This document shows positions 9,257 to 19,308 of a stretch of 64,000 bases of DNA, piece by piece (the stretch's first letter is position 1; the number at the start of each line of letters is the position of its first letter). The stretch lies in assembly GCA_030693425.1 (NCBI GenBank), contig JAUYAM010000002.1:81151-145150 (forward strand), written 5' to 3'. Origin of the DNA: a bacterium. GTDB lineage: Bacteria > Patescibacteriota > Minisyncoccia > Minisyncoccales > GWA2-46-15. A program made the translations under genes and the position numbers. The notes under the pieces are model-generated. The model was not told where the DNA came from, did no database searches, and was given only the letters and a program-made list of their open reading frames with translations.

Positions 9257-10231
9257 TTACTCGCAGCTGCCGCCAGATCCAGAGCCGGCTCCTTCTCCAA
9301 AGCCCGAGGCAGGCACATCGTTAGAAAGCTGTTGGCCGCATTTTTCGGGCGGATTGACAAAGGCCTGGCAGACTATATTTTTGAAGGCTTCCGGAGACCT
9401 AAGGCTGACCTTGGCCTCTTTGCTGTTGATGATTACTGTCGGCGACCCGCCGACTCCGTATTCTTGGTTGAGGTCTTCGTGGACAGTGAATTTCGGGTAG
9501 CGGCCGCTCATCCAAGTATTCTTGTCGTTGTAAAGAGCGGTTATTTTGAATTCAGCGTCGGTTTTGGCAACGCAGTCTGAAAGTTTGCCTTGATCGACTT
9601 TGGCTTCCTGAATGCAGGTTTCGGCAGAGCCGTTTTTGACAAAACAACTCAAGTAATTTGCGAATTTTTCCTTGTTTTCGCTTTGAATGCAGTATTGTCT
9701 CAGGTTTTCGTCGATCTCTTTCTTTTCGTGCATGATGTAGTTGACAAAATAGATGCCGAAATCAGCTTTATCCTTCAATAATTCATAGACAGGCAAATAT
9801 GCCTTTTCCATTTGCAGGCCAAAAGGACAGTAAGACATGACAAAGACTTTGACATTAGGTTTTTCAGCTTTTGGCGGTTCTTGGTTCGAAGAAGGCGTCG
9901 GGCTGGCTTTGAGTTCATCCAGATTGAAAACTTGGGTAAAAAGGAGCTTGCCGTCTTTGCTAACGTAAACCTCGGGTTTATCCGGCCCTATTTCAAGAAC
10001 GAGCTTGTAAAGAGAGCTTTCGCTGGAAATCTTTGAAAGAGTGGCGGCTGTTCCCGGAGGCAGAAGGTTTGTATTGATGAACTTGAGAGCTTTTTCGGCT
10101 GTTTGCTGCCCTCTCGGATTCAGTAGCAGAGTTGGAAGGCTGATCTTGCCCAATTTTGCCTGCCAGAAAATAAAAAACCCTCCGGCAAGAACTAAGATGG
10201 CGATAGCTAGAATATAGTACTTTTGCTTCAT
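9257..10231 (-). CDS. membrane-anchored thioredoxin-fold (DsbA-like) protein
   Basis: N-terminal TM helix and a CPFG redox-type motif (VFVMSYCPFGLQ). Gly/Ser-rich C-terminus ending in Cys. Confidence 0.55.
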   Translation of the reverse strand: MKQKYYILAIAILVLAGGFFIFWQAKLGKISLPTLLLNPRGQQTAEKALKFINTNLLPPGTAATLSKISSESSLYKLVLEIGPDKPEVYVSKDGKLLFTQVFNLDELKASPTPSSNQEPPKAEKPNVKVFVMSYCPFGLQMEKAYLPVYELLKDKADFGIYFVNYIMHEKKEIDENLRQYCIQSENKEKFANYLSCFVKNGSAETCIQEAKVDQGKLSDCVAKTDAEFKITALYNDKNTWMSGRYPKFTVHEDLNQEYGVGGSPTVIINSKEAKVSLRSPEAFKNIVCQAFVNPPEKCGQQLSNDVPASGFGEGAGSGSGGSCE

Positions 10232-10258
10232 GTTTTAGCTTAATTAGTTTTAGGGTTG

Positions 10259-11470
10259 TTATCCTTCAGAAGTTAGATTTTTAACTAGGGGAAGAATTTT
10301 CAGGTTTTTGACTTGGCCGAGATTTCCCTTGAGACAGCCGGATTCTGTGAATTTGGCGCCTGGATTGTGTTTTTTCGGCAAGCCCCAGATTAAAAGCGGG
10401 ATCGGTCCTTTGGCGTGGGTCTTGGTTTGGCAGGAAGTGGCGTGGTCTGCAGTAATAACGAGCAGGGTATGCTTTAAATCTTTGAAAATTTTTAGTTCTT
10501 TGTCAACTTTTTCAATGAATTTTTTCTTGCCTAAAAAGTCACCGTTCTCGGCCAGGAGATCTGCGCCTTTGACGTGGCAGAAAACAAAGTCGTATTTTTT
10601 CAGGGCGTTTTTGGCGGCGTAAAACTTGTTTTTGAGATACGCCGAGGAAAAAGGATCCCCTTGCTTCTCTTTAATTATAGCCATTCCTAGGAATTTGGCT
10701 ATGCCTCGGTACAGCGCCCCCAAAGAAAGGCAGCCGGATTTCAGCCCCCACTTTTTTTGGAAACTTTCAACGTTTTTAAGTTTGCCCGCTCCTCTTAACA
10801 AGATGAAATTAGCCGGCATTTTTCCTTGCTTTTGCCTTTTCAAATTGAGAGGATGGTTTTCCAAAATCGGGTTTGCGGTTTTGAGAAACTCGTTGACAAC
10901 CCGGGCGGTAAAGCAAGCTTTGTCATTGTTTTTGCCCAGAGGCAGGCAGGGCCTGGTTTTCTTGATGAATTTTTCATCGGTGTCAGAAATTCTTTCTGAC
11001 AATCCCCTGCCTCGCAAAATCACGGCTAGGCGGTGGCCGTAGACCGGCTTGATTAAGAACTTCACTCCTTTAATTTTCAAGCCGTTCAGGGATTCAGCCA
11101 GAACTTTTGCTTCGCCGCTTTGTATCCGGCCGGCCCGGCGGTCAAGCACCAAACCGTTTTTATCAATGGTGGCAAGATTTCCCCGCAAAACAATGTCTTT
11201 GGGCAAAAGCTTGACGCCGCAGCCAATCGCTTCCAAAACGCCGCGGCCTGGCAGGAATTTTTTCGGGTCGTAGCCAAAAAGGGCAAAATGGACTTCTTCA
11301 GAATCAGGCAGTTTGCCTAAGAACAGAGGTTTGAAAAAAGCCAAAAGCCCGTTTCGGGCAAAACAATCAAGGTTTATTCGCCGCGCCGCTTCCAGCGGCG
11401 TCTTATTTCCCAGGGCCGGAATTTTATCGTCCGGCAGACCGTCAATCACCAAAAAGAGAATTTTTTTCAT
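10259..11470 (-). CDS. apgM: 2,3-bisphosphoglycerate-independent phosphoglycerate mutase, archaeal type
   Basis: 403 aa. N-terminal ILFLVIDGLPD and C-terminal ITADHATS metalloenzyme motifs typical of ApgM. Confidence 0.8.
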   Translation of the reverse strand: MKKILFLVIDGLPDDKIPALGNKTPLEAARRINLDCFARNGLLAFFKPLFLGKLPDSEEVHFALFGYDPKKFLPGRGVLEAIGCGVKLLPKDIVLRGNLATIDKNGLVLDRRAGRIQSGEAKVLAESLNGLKIKGVKFLIKPVYGHRLAVILRGRGLSERISDTDEKFIKKTRPCLPLGKNNDKACFTARVVNEFLKTANPILENHPLNLKRQKQGKMPANFILLRGAGKLKNVESFQKKWGLKSGCLSLGALYRGIAKFLGMAIIKEKQGDPFSSAYLKNKFYAAKNALKKYDFVFCHVKGADLLAENGDFLGKKKFIEKVDKELKIFKDLKHTLLVITADHATSCQTKTHAKGPIPLLIWGLPKKHNPGAKFTESGCLKGNLGQVKNLKILPLVKNLTSEG

Positions 11471-13083
11471 GACAGCGGCAGTTCAACGTAAAACGTCGCG
11501 CCTTTGCCCTCGCCCTCAGACTCGGCCCAAATCTTGCCCCGGTGCGCTTTGACGATTTCTTTGGCGATGTAGAGGCCGAGGCCGGTGCCGAGGGTGTTTC
11601 TTAATTTAGGATCGCGGCTAAATTGATTGAAAATCGTCCCGATGATTTCCGGACGAATGCCGACTCCGGAATCTTTGACCTCAACAACGGCCTTGTCTCC
11701 GGTTTTTGTTCTCTCGATTTTTACTTTCACTTCACCTTCGGGAGTATATTTAATGGCGTTGTCAACCAGGTTTTGGATCACCTGTCTTAATCTTTGTTCG
11801 TCGGCTTTCAGATCGATTGTGATCTCATTAGTTTGCAGTCCCAGCTCTAAACCCTTCTGTTGGCCAACGATTTTGTATTCTTCAAAGACGCTTTTGGCCA
11901 AAGCAACTAAATTGATGGTTTTGAATTCATAGTCCATTCTGTCTTCCTCGATCTTTCTTAAATCCAGGAAGTCGTCAACCAACTTGATCAGTCTTCGGGA
12001 GTTTTCTTTGATTCCCCAGACTGCCTTGCTGACGCCGCCATTGATCTGGCCATAGCTGCCTTCGGATATTAAATCGGCATAGCCATTGATGACGGTCAAA
12101 GGTCCTTTTATTTGGTGAGAGGCGAAAGACAGAAATTGCGATTTGAGTTCGTCTAATTTTTCCAGCCGCGCATTGGTGGTTTCCAGTTCGGCGGTCAATT
12201 TTTCCAATCTTTCTCTCTGCTCGACTTCGCGCAGGACGCCGCGAATTAGAAGAATACCAAACGTAAGAACAAAAATAAAAATCGAGCTTCGATAAATAAC
12301 TAACCCTAAATCTTGAGCAAAAATCACCTCGGAAAAAGTGACTACCGAGAGCAAAAACACTAATATCGCCGTTCCCGCCACTCGGATGTTAAAAAGCTTG
12401 TGCCTTAAAATCGCATAGGAAGTGAAAATAACAAACGGAAAAGTAAAAACGGCGCCAAAAGGAACAAACTTAGGATTATTGAAAAAGGCTGGAAGTACGA
12501 AGTTTAGAGGCAAAATAAGAGCAAATGTTATTGCCACACCAATTAATAAAAGTAAGAATTTTCTTTTATCTTGACCAGAAGCTTTTAGTGTTTTTCGTAA
12601 GAGAATCCAAAAACTGGATAAGATTAAACCGAATACGGTTAAGCCAAAAAAAACTATACCGGCTTCTGCTTTTAATGTTAAGATTTGACCTTCTTTTGAA
12701 ACAGTTTCGACCCCAGAAAATACGAACGGTGTAAGTGTAAGTAAAGAAACAGTTACAACCACGGGAATTAGCATTACGGTATACCAACGATGAAACTTCA
12801 GCCTCTCATTTGGAAAAACATAGAGTAGTTGAAAAATCATAAACGAGTGCCATATTCCCAAGAAGATCTCGATCCGCAGAAACCAGAAAGCAAGATTGAG
12901 ATCAACAATCCTATAACTCATGAGGTTAAAAAATCCCCAAAAGGCAGTCAGAATCGAAAAAACGAAGAATGTTTTATTTGTTATGCTCTTCGGGTTATTT
13001 AAAAGAACGCTAAAGCCAAGCACTACCGTAGACGCAATAGCTATCCCCACAGACAATAGATCTAGATTAGATAACACATTCAT
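11467..13083 (-). CDS. sensor histidine kinase with multi-TM N-terminal domain
   Basis: About 9 predicted TM helices, a coiled coil, HisKA (FASHQIKGPL) and HATPase_c (GTGLGLYIAKEIVKAHRG). The 4-nt overlap with apgM suggests co-transcription. Confidence 0.85.
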   Translation of the reverse strand: MNVLSNLDLLSVGIAIASTVVLGFSVLLNNPKSITNKTFFVFSILTAFWGFFNLMSYRIVDLNLAFWFLRIEIFLGIWHSFMIFQLLYVFPNERLKFHRWYTVMLIPVVVTVSLLTLTPFVFSGVETVSKEGQILTLKAEAGIVFFGLTVFGLILSSFWILLRKTLKASGQDKRKFLLLLIGVAITFALILPLNFVLPAFFNNPKFVPFGAVFTFPFVIFTSYAILRHKLFNIRVAGTAILVFLLSVVTFSEVIFAQDLGLVIYRSSIFIFVLTFGILLIRGVLREVEQRERLEKLTAELETTNARLEKLDELKSQFLSFASHQIKGPLTVINGYADLISEGSYGQINGGVSKAVWGIKENSRRLIKLVDDFLDLRKIEEDRMDYEFKTINLVALAKSVFEEYKIVGQQKGLELGLQTNEITIDLKADEQRLRQVIQNLVDNAIKYTPEGEVKVKIERTKTGDKAVVEVKDSGVGIRPEIIGTIFNQFSRDPKLRNTLGTGLGLYIAKEIVKAHRGKIWAESEGEGKGATFYVELPLS

Positions 13084-13127
13084 AAGATTAAAGTAATAAG
13101 TGTTCAGGAAGACTAATACGATTCTAA

Positions 13128-14132
13128 TTAACCGTTAATTAATGAATCTAGATTTAAATAATATCTTCCTGATGGTACCAGACAATTCGTCGCAATCTGC
13201 CTAGCAAAATAACAAAGCATTGCTCCCCGTAAAAACGAGGATTCGCTTGTTTGAGGAATGCCAACTAACCCCTTTCCCACTAAGTCAAAGGATTGTCTCA
13301 GTCTCTCGGTTAAAAATTCTGCGCCCATAAAGTCGCGCGCCAACATAACTCTTTCTTGCATGGGCGTAGTATCAACTAAAGCAGATACTTTATTTATAAC
13401 GTCCTCTTTCAAATAACCATTTAGTAATGGTAAATCCGGCTCCAAGTCAAAACGTTCAACGTCAATTATCAAACCGGGCCCATTGCCGGTAACCATTAAC
13501 ACTGGGATTTTATAATACTTGGCCCTTTCTCTAATTTTGATTTTTAATGGCAGATTATCCATTTCCTCGATCAATAAATCAATTCTTGGTTGAGTTAAGA
13601 ACCGGTCAGTATTGTCTTCGGATATCCCCTTGTCAAAAATTTCTATATCAATAAAAGGGTCAATTTCATAGGCTTGACGGGCCGACAGTACCGCTTTATT
13701 AACACCCAAATCACCCAAACTGGCCCTGAACCTGTTTAAGTTGGATAATTCTAAAACATCATTATCAGCAAATTTCATTTTTTCTGCTCCGCCTTCAAGA
13801 ATAATACAAAGAGCGCCTGGATTGCCCACATTTAAACCGGCAATTCCGATTGTTTGGCGAGAGAATTTTTCCTGTTCTTCATCGGTTATCAAGTTCTTAT
13901 TGCGCGAAAGCCTTAATAGACGATAATCTTCTTTGTTCACAATGCGGACTAATGCTCGATTCCACGGATAATAAACCCAGACATCGATTAGTTCGCTCGA
14001 AACCATCTTTTTTATTTTACTTAACTCCTTTATTTGATCGTCCAAAAAATCAACCACTCTGACATTGCTGTCTTGCTTCAACTTTTCTATCCTTTCTTTA
14101 TCTGTTATAGGATTAAGTATTTCTGGTTGCAT
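13128..14132 (-). CDS. ThiF/E1-like adenylyltransferase-fold protein (resembles the N-terminal half of Rv1355c/MoeY-type proteins)
   Basis: Degenerate Rossmann loop IGIAGLNVGN followed by ELSNLNRF, as in ThiF/MoeB/E1 enzymes. Also a WVYYPW motif. Family assignment is from memory. Confidence 0.6.
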   Translation of the reverse strand: MQPEILNPITDKERIEKLKQDSNVRVVDFLDDQIKELSKIKKMVSSELIDVWVYYPWNRALVRIVNKEDYRLLRLSRNKNLITDEEQEKFSRQTIGIAGLNVGNPGALCIILEGGAEKMKFADNDVLELSNLNRFRASLGDLGVNKAVLSARQAYEIDPFIDIEIFDKGISEDNTDRFLTQPRIDLLIEEMDNLPLKIKIRERAKYYKIPVLMVTGNGPGLIIDVERFDLEPDLPLLNGYLKEDVINKVSALVDTTPMQERVMLARDFMGAEFLTERLRQSFDLVGKGLVGIPQTSESSFLRGAMLCYFARQIATNCLVPSGRYYLNLDSLING

Positions 14133-14140
14133 AGCATTAA

Positions 14141-15169
14141 TTAAGAAATTACTTTTTTTGTTAATTCATGTCTTGGTGTTGCTTGGTGCAATAAATCAAC
14201 TTTTCCCACAACGAATAGGAATTGCGGTATTTGGTCGGTGCCAACAACTTTCTTAATCTCACTTTGTAGATATCCCATTTCCACCGCTGCCACGAAAATA
14301 GAAGTCTGCCAACCAAAACTATTAAATTCTAGCATAAGCCTTTCGGCTAATAGGCCTACCTTAAGCCAAGTGTTTTGATTGTCTTTGGTTGCCGTAATTA
14401 CAGTAACCAGCGGCGCCGAACTCAAGCTTTTGTAATTTAATTTAGACAATAAACCACCCAGATTGAACCACTTAACCAAAGTTGGCAACACAAAAGACAA
14501 CAACAATGGCATTCTCAGAGCATAACCGGGCAAGCCATCTTTGTTTTTCGTTAAACTGTGGTGCATCCACCGCGACATCTCCCTACGAAAAGCGGGGCGG
14601 CGATAAGCAATCTTTAACCCCTCGACGGTTAGCCTAGACAACTTAATTATCTTGTCTTTATCCGTTACCCAGTGCACATTTATCCCTTCAACTAAGTAAT
14701 GCTGTGTTGCTGACGATATAAGATTGATCAGATTGGTTGGTACCGGTTCTGACGAAAACAAACCACGAGCATTTATTCTTTTGGTGATAGTATCAAGAAT
14801 TCTTTTATATTCATCATTTCTCGCGCCCGTATATTTTTTAAAGCGTATAGCGGCCAGTTGTTCCTTATCTTCAAACGGACCATAACTAATAGAGTCAAAA
14901 ATATTAAAATATGTAGCAGCTAAAATTAAGTTTTCTATGGCGCAGCCAATACTGATATGCAGATCTCTGGTTTTAGGATCAGCTTCCGGCAATAGTAATT
15001 TCGGATCATAATATATTTGGCATTCCGGCGCTTTTATCTTAAATAACCAAGGTTGACTATTATGGGTAGATGGCGCCAAAATAGCATAACTTAAAGCAAA
15101 TTTTATATGCTCCTGCAGATCGCCATTTCTAGGGAATTCTTCCGGATTGATTAATCTAATGTCTTGCAC
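14141..15169 (-). CDS. Acg-family nitroreductase-fold FMN-binding protein
   Basis: 342 aa, double-lobed size. APSTHNSQPW motif and a C-terminal ATPR motif, as I recall for M. tuberculosis Acg-like proteins. Confidence 0.65.
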   Translation of the reverse strand: MQDIRLINPEEFPRNGDLQEHIKFALSYAILAPSTHNSQPWLFKIKAPECQIYYDPKLLLPEADPKTRDLHISIGCAIENLILAATYFNIFDSISYGPFEDKEQLAAIRFKKYTGARNDEYKRILDTITKRINARGLFSSEPVPTNLINLISSATQHYLVEGINVHWVTDKDKIIKLSRLTVEGLKIAYRRPAFRREMSRWMHHSLTKNKDGLPGYALRMPLLLSFVLPTLVKWFNLGGLLSKLNYKSLSSAPLVTVITATKDNQNTWLKVGLLAERLMLEFNSFGWQTSIFVAAVEMGYLQSEIKKVVGTDQIPQFLFVVGKVDLLHQATPRHELTKKVIS

Positions 15170-15191
15170 GGTATTAATTTAAAATAAAATT

Positions 15192-16688
15192 TCATTTCTT
15201 TACCCACCTTTGTTTAATTCCCAGTTTAAAATATTTTGGATCTTCAGCCGGCCAAAACTGCAAGCGCGGCAAGGCGCGTTTGCCGAGGAATTTATGGAGC
15301 TCGCGATATTCAGAATTCTTGAGTTGCAACTGTTCAACAATGACGCTAAGAGTCGCCTGCTTGATAGCCCGAGGCACGATGTCATTGCGGGATTTACGCA
15401 TTTCCAAATGAATCAGGAGATATTGATTTTGCTTGCTGTTAAACCGCGTTTCTAAGGTAAATTTCCCTGTTAAATAGGCGCTTAATGGCTTTTTAAGCAA
15501 CGCTTCCCGTATTGGCTCGGGATAAACCTGCAGGCCGTAGAGATTGGTAGAAAAGTCGGCTCGTTCGTAGACATAAACAAAAGGAAGTTCGTGCCAAAAT
15601 TTTTCTATCCCCGCCTTTTTTGCCTCCTTTTTCAAGTCTACTCCTAATTCGCTTAACTTCTTTGTAAGTTCCCGGAAAGAATAAACCCCGCCGTGATCTC
15701 CTAAAGCGTATCTTATGAGCGGCATCGTGTTGTTGCCGCTTACCAAGAGATCATCACCTTCGGCGTCAAACGAAATAAAAGAGGGTATGTATTGGCCTAA
15801 AGTCGGGGTCTTTTGAATTTTTTTGAAGATTGCTTCAAACAACTTTTGATTTTTGGCGCAAAGCCGGCGAATCAAAATTGCCAGGGGCGTCTCAAAAGCC
15901 ATGGCTCCGAGGTCGGCGGTGCCGTAAATATTCATCGTATCAATGAAAGAATTTCTCATATTAACCGCTCTGGAGACATATTCCCGGAAATCCTCGGTAA
16001 AAACTTCTGCTGCAAAAAGCAAGCGGACGCGGAATTTCCGCCAATCAATGCCGCGGGACGGCGCTTCGTCAATAATGTCTTTGATGAGCGGCGGATAACC
16101 GACTAAAATAATATTTTTGTATGATCTTCCAAGGTCCTTCAGCGACTTAAAGATTTCCTCTTTGTTAATGCCCGGGGTGATTAAAGAAACATTATAGCCC
16201 CTCTCCTGAAGCAAGTGGAATGCCTGATAAGTAATCAGGCCGCCGATCCAAACACCCATGCCGAAACAGACAATCACCAGTACTGGTTCTTCTTTTTCGT
16301 ACTGGCCCTGGAGATAAAATAATTCGTGGATAACCGAAGTTTGTAAATCTAAGTCGAAAGATCGATGAAAATAAAAAGGGGTACCGGTGGCTCCGGAAGT
16401 AGAGGTAAAAACAAGCGGTTTATCAATACGCCCGTCAATGGTCAATTCAGATAAAGGATATCTGCGCAGATAATTTTTCTTATCAATCGCCGGCAATAAC
16501 CGAAGATCAGCAACGGTTTTAATATTTTCTGGCTTAACTTTATTATTCCGTAAAAAATCCTGATAAGCAGGAACTTGTCCACTAAGCAAACGAAAGAGAT
16601 TTAAAACACTCTCGCCTCTAATTTTTTCCCAAAACAAACTCTCCCGCGTCTTAATTTGTTGAATAATCCGACTGGCTTTTGTCTTCAT
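15192..16688 (-). CDS. PaaK/CapK/F390-synthetase-like adenylate-forming enzyme
   Basis: 498 aa. TSTSGATGTPFYF (AMP-binding P-loop equivalent of SSGTTGKP) preceded by LPAIDKKNYLRRYP, typical of phenylacetate-CoA ligase-like proteins. Confidence 0.65.
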   Translation of the reverse strand: MKTKASRIIQQIKTRESLFWEKIRGESVLNLFRLLSGQVPAYQDFLRNNKVKPENIKTVADLRLLPAIDKKNYLRRYPLSELTIDGRIDKPLVFTSTSGATGTPFYFHRSFDLDLQTSVIHELFYLQGQYEKEEPVLVIVCFGMGVWIGGLITYQAFHLLQERGYNVSLITPGINKEEIFKSLKDLGRSYKNIILVGYPPLIKDIIDEAPSRGIDWRKFRVRLLFAAEVFTEDFREYVSRAVNMRNSFIDTMNIYGTADLGAMAFETPLAILIRRLCAKNQKLFEAIFKKIQKTPTLGQYIPSFISFDAEGDDLLVSGNNTMPLIRYALGDHGGVYSFRELTKKLSELGVDLKKEAKKAGIEKFWHELPFVYVYERADFSTNLYGLQVYPEPIREALLKKPLSAYLTGKFTLETRFNSKQNQYLLIHLEMRKSRNDIVPRAIKQATLSVIVEQLQLKNSEYRELHKFLGKRALPRLQFWPAEDPKYFKLGIKQRWVKK

Positions 16689-16712
16689 TGTCTGCTAAAA
16701 TTATACCATAAT

Positions 16713-18083
16713 ATGGTGGCAACAACAAAACAATTTAATATATTGGCCACAATAAGGCGGGAATTAACAGGACAGTTGTTAGCAAGAGTGGATAAAGGGG
16801 CAAATCCTTTAAGAGCTAATGCTTTGATTTGGAGTGAGTATGCAGATAGGTGTAATAAAGAAGGCTTGCCAGTTATTGGCGCGAATTTAAGTTTAGGCAA
16901 TATTGATGCGAGCAGCTTTGATCGTGAGCCGGGACATTGGCATTTGTCTCAAGCGTTGGGAATTCACCCTGATGGTGAAATATATAGGCAAATTAGTCTG
17001 ACTAAAGAAAAGTTAAATAGAGAGTATTATTTTTCAGGTAGATCGCTGGCGAAATATGGCGATTTTACCGGTATAGAAGAAGCGAGACTGGCTTTTTCAA
17101 AATATTTAGCCCAGTGGGGCGGAGTGATGATCAGTAAAGAAGAAACGTTTTTTTCTAGTGGCGGAACTTCAGATGCGGCTCAAAGAGAAATGGGAGCTTT
17201 GGTTTTATGGTTAGATAAGAAGCAACTAGAGGCTAACTTTTTAACCACTGTCCCTGGATACACGCCGGTAATTAATATGGCTAGAAGAGCGGGGATGCGA
17301 GTGATAACTTTAGAATGTGGCGAGACGGATAGTTATTTTTTACAGGCGGACCAGGCGCGTCAGATAGTACAAGATCAAAACATAGGAGTATTTTATATCG
17401 TACCGATTAACAATCCGACTGGGACGATGATTCCGGCGGATCAGCTAAGTCGGGTAGTAAAGCAAAGCTATGAAGCAAATACGGCAATAATTTTTTTAGT
17501 GGATTTGGCTTATATTACTACGGTGCCTGAAGAACAGGCGCGCGCGATGTTGGCAGTATTCAATAACAAAGAGATTTTAAGACAGACCGTGTTTTTAACC
17601 TCTTTGTCTAAATCTCACGCAATTCCCGGGCAGCGGCTGGGAGCTTGTCATACAATAGTAGCCGGAATGAACGAGTGTTTGCGCGCGGCCACCGAGGCCG
17701 GCAATCCCTGTCATTCAGCCGCGGCAATGCTGGAAGCGGTAGCGGTGCTGGAAAATGTTAGCAAGGAGGCAGTGCGGCAAACTGCGGCAGTGTATAGGCG
17801 GCGTAGAGAGGTAACAGTTGATGTTTTAAGAGACATTAATCGATTAACTGATAGAGAATTGTTTATTGATTTAGACCAGTTGAAAACTGACGGGGCGTTG
17901 TATGTTTATCCGCGACTAGGAAAAAGTAAAACTAGTTTGGATCTTTTTGTTCAGACTGGAATGTGGGGAATTGGGGGAAGATTTTTTGGGGCGGGTGACA
18001 ATGATCAACGAGTGCGCTTGGCAATAGGAGTTAATTCCAGTTTGGAAATTCAAGGCATTCCTTCACAACTAGATCTGTCTTAA
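16713..18083 (+). CDS. class I/II PLP-dependent aminotransferase
   Basis: INNPTGT and SLSKSHAIPGQRLG (PLP-lysine) motifs. Start trimmed from 16656 to MVATTKQ to remove overlap with the divergent gene. Confidence 0.8.
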   Translation: MVATTKQFNILATIRRELTGQLLARVDKGANPLRANALIWSEYADRCNKEGLPVIGANLSLGNIDASSFDREPGHWHLSQALGIHPDGEIYRQISLTKEKLNREYYFSGRSLAKYGDFTGIEEARLAFSKYLAQWGGVMISKEETFFSSGGTSDAAQREMGALVLWLDKKQLEANFLTTVPGYTPVINMARRAGMRVITLECGETDSYFLQADQARQIVQDQNIGVFYIVPINNPTGTMIPADQLSRVVKQSYEANTAIIFLVDLAYITTVPEEQARAMLAVFNNKEILRQTVFLTSLSKSHAIPGQRLGACHTIVAGMNECLRAATEAGNPCHSAAAMLEAVAVLENVSKEAVRQTAAVYRRRREVTVDVLRDINRLTDRELFIDLDQLKTDGALYVYPRLGKSKTSLDLFVQTGMWGIGGRFFGAGDNDQRVRLAIGVNSSLEIQGIPSQLDLS

Positions 18084-18155
18084 CCAATAGATAATTTTTC
18101 TGCGCCGCGGGCTTCTCGGATATTTTGAAAACCGTCTTTTTTCAAGAATTGCACC
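17983..18155. repeat. 173-bp direct repeat, copy 1 (aminotransferase 3' end plus antisense pyrD 3'-end fragment)
   Basis: Hand alignment to 25129..25301 gives 7 mismatches. This copy supplies the functional aminotransferase 3' end. Confidence 0.9.
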
Positions 18156-18210
18156 TGAAAAAGGCACCTGAAAAAGGTACCTGGTCCCTTTTCCCCTGGT
18201 CCCTTTTCCC
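18152..18210. repeat. junction tandem repeats (2x13 nt and 2x15 nt)
   Basis: cacctgaaaaagg x2, then ctggtcccttttccc x2. The two pairs are imperfect reverse complements of each other. They sit exactly where pyrD homology ends. Confidence 0.85.
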
Positions 18211-18224
18211 CTTGTCAATCCTAA

Positions 18225-18370
18225 TCATATTGGTAGTTCAATATAAAAAGAGGTGCCTTTGTTTTTTCCGGCCGATTCAACTCTGATATCTCCGCCGTGG
18301 AGCTTGACGAATTTCTGGGCGATGTAAAGGCCCAACCCGACTCCTTCGGTCCAGTAGCGGTCGCCGGCGT
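18225..18370 (-). pseudogene. orphan 3' fragment of sensor histidine kinase (fragment A)
   Basis: Encodes ...DRYWTEGVGLGLYIAQKFVKLHGGDIRVESAGKNKGTSFYIELPI (HATPase_c tail only). The upstream part of the 86-aa ORF is unrelated sequence. Confidence 0.85.
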
Positions 18371-18623
18371 TGCTGGTGCTGGTTGGTCTTACCATGACTG
18401 AATTTGAGACACTCGGGTCGAGGTCTAAAAATGTGAATATCTCAGTTTTTATAGTTTTGTTCGGAAAATGAGACAAATGAGACATGAAAAGACGCGTTCC
18501 GCTTTACCGGAACCAGATTATGCAGGGATTGAGAGCGTGGCAAGCGTTGAAAAACGAAACAATTGCTATTCTATAACATCTACCCGTCCTTCTACTCACT
18601 ATATTTAAGGCAATATCCTATCT

Positions 18624-19265
18624 CTAGGACGTTTCAATAGAGTCCATGAAGGTTTCTTCTTTGAACTTAATTAAAGCCTTATCCATTTTTTCCATGCGCT
18701 CTTTCGCAATATTTTTGCTACTTTTAAAAAATAATTCTCCGCTTTTTCTAATTTTGTCCTGTCTGTCAAAACTAAAATAATAATCAATCGCTTCTTTGAT
18801 ATCTTGATTATGTTTTCCAGCGTAAACCGCAAGTCTCCAAAAATTAAGCATTCCTATCTCGTCCAAATTATCCGCATCGTGGACTATTTTACTTTCAGTT
18901 AAATCAAATTTCTTATTTGAAAAATCTACTATCAATTTTATGACATAATCTTTATCGTTTTCATTTTTTATGAAGGGCACAATAAACTCCTCAAAAAGCA
19001 CAATGTTATTCTTATCGTGTTCGTCTAAAAAAAGTCTTTTTTCTAAAGCCAGTTTTTTATTTTTTCCAATATCGTGAAATAGAGACAAAATAATAGTACA
19101 ACCTATGCTTACTTTTTCTTGTAATACCTCAGATTTAATTATTCTTTCAGATAATTTTAATACCCTTAAAGGATGGTAATAGCGATAGTTTTTACCATCT
19201 TTTTCATCCTCAGAGTTATAATTGATTTCCTTAAAAAAGTTTAGTACCTGTTCTTTATTTTCCAT
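18624..19265 (-). CDS. HD-domain phosphohydrolase
   Basis: H...HD...D pattern: YHPLRV, LFHDIGK, HDADNLDEIG. AT-rich. Confidence 0.7.
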   Translation of the reverse strand: MENKEQVLNFFKEINYNSEDEKDGKNYRYYHPLRVLKLSERIIKSEVLQEKVSIGCTIILSLFHDIGKNKKLALEKRLFLDEHDKNNIVLFEEFIVPFIKNENDKDYVIKLIVDFSNKKFDLTESKIVHDADNLDEIGMLNFWRLAVYAGKHNQDIKEAIDYYFSFDRQDKIRKSGELFFKSSKNIAKERMEKMDKALIKFKEETFMDSIETS

Positions 19266-19308
19266 GTTTTTATGTTTAAAATAGGTGGCTAAAAGGATGG
19301 GAGAGGCT

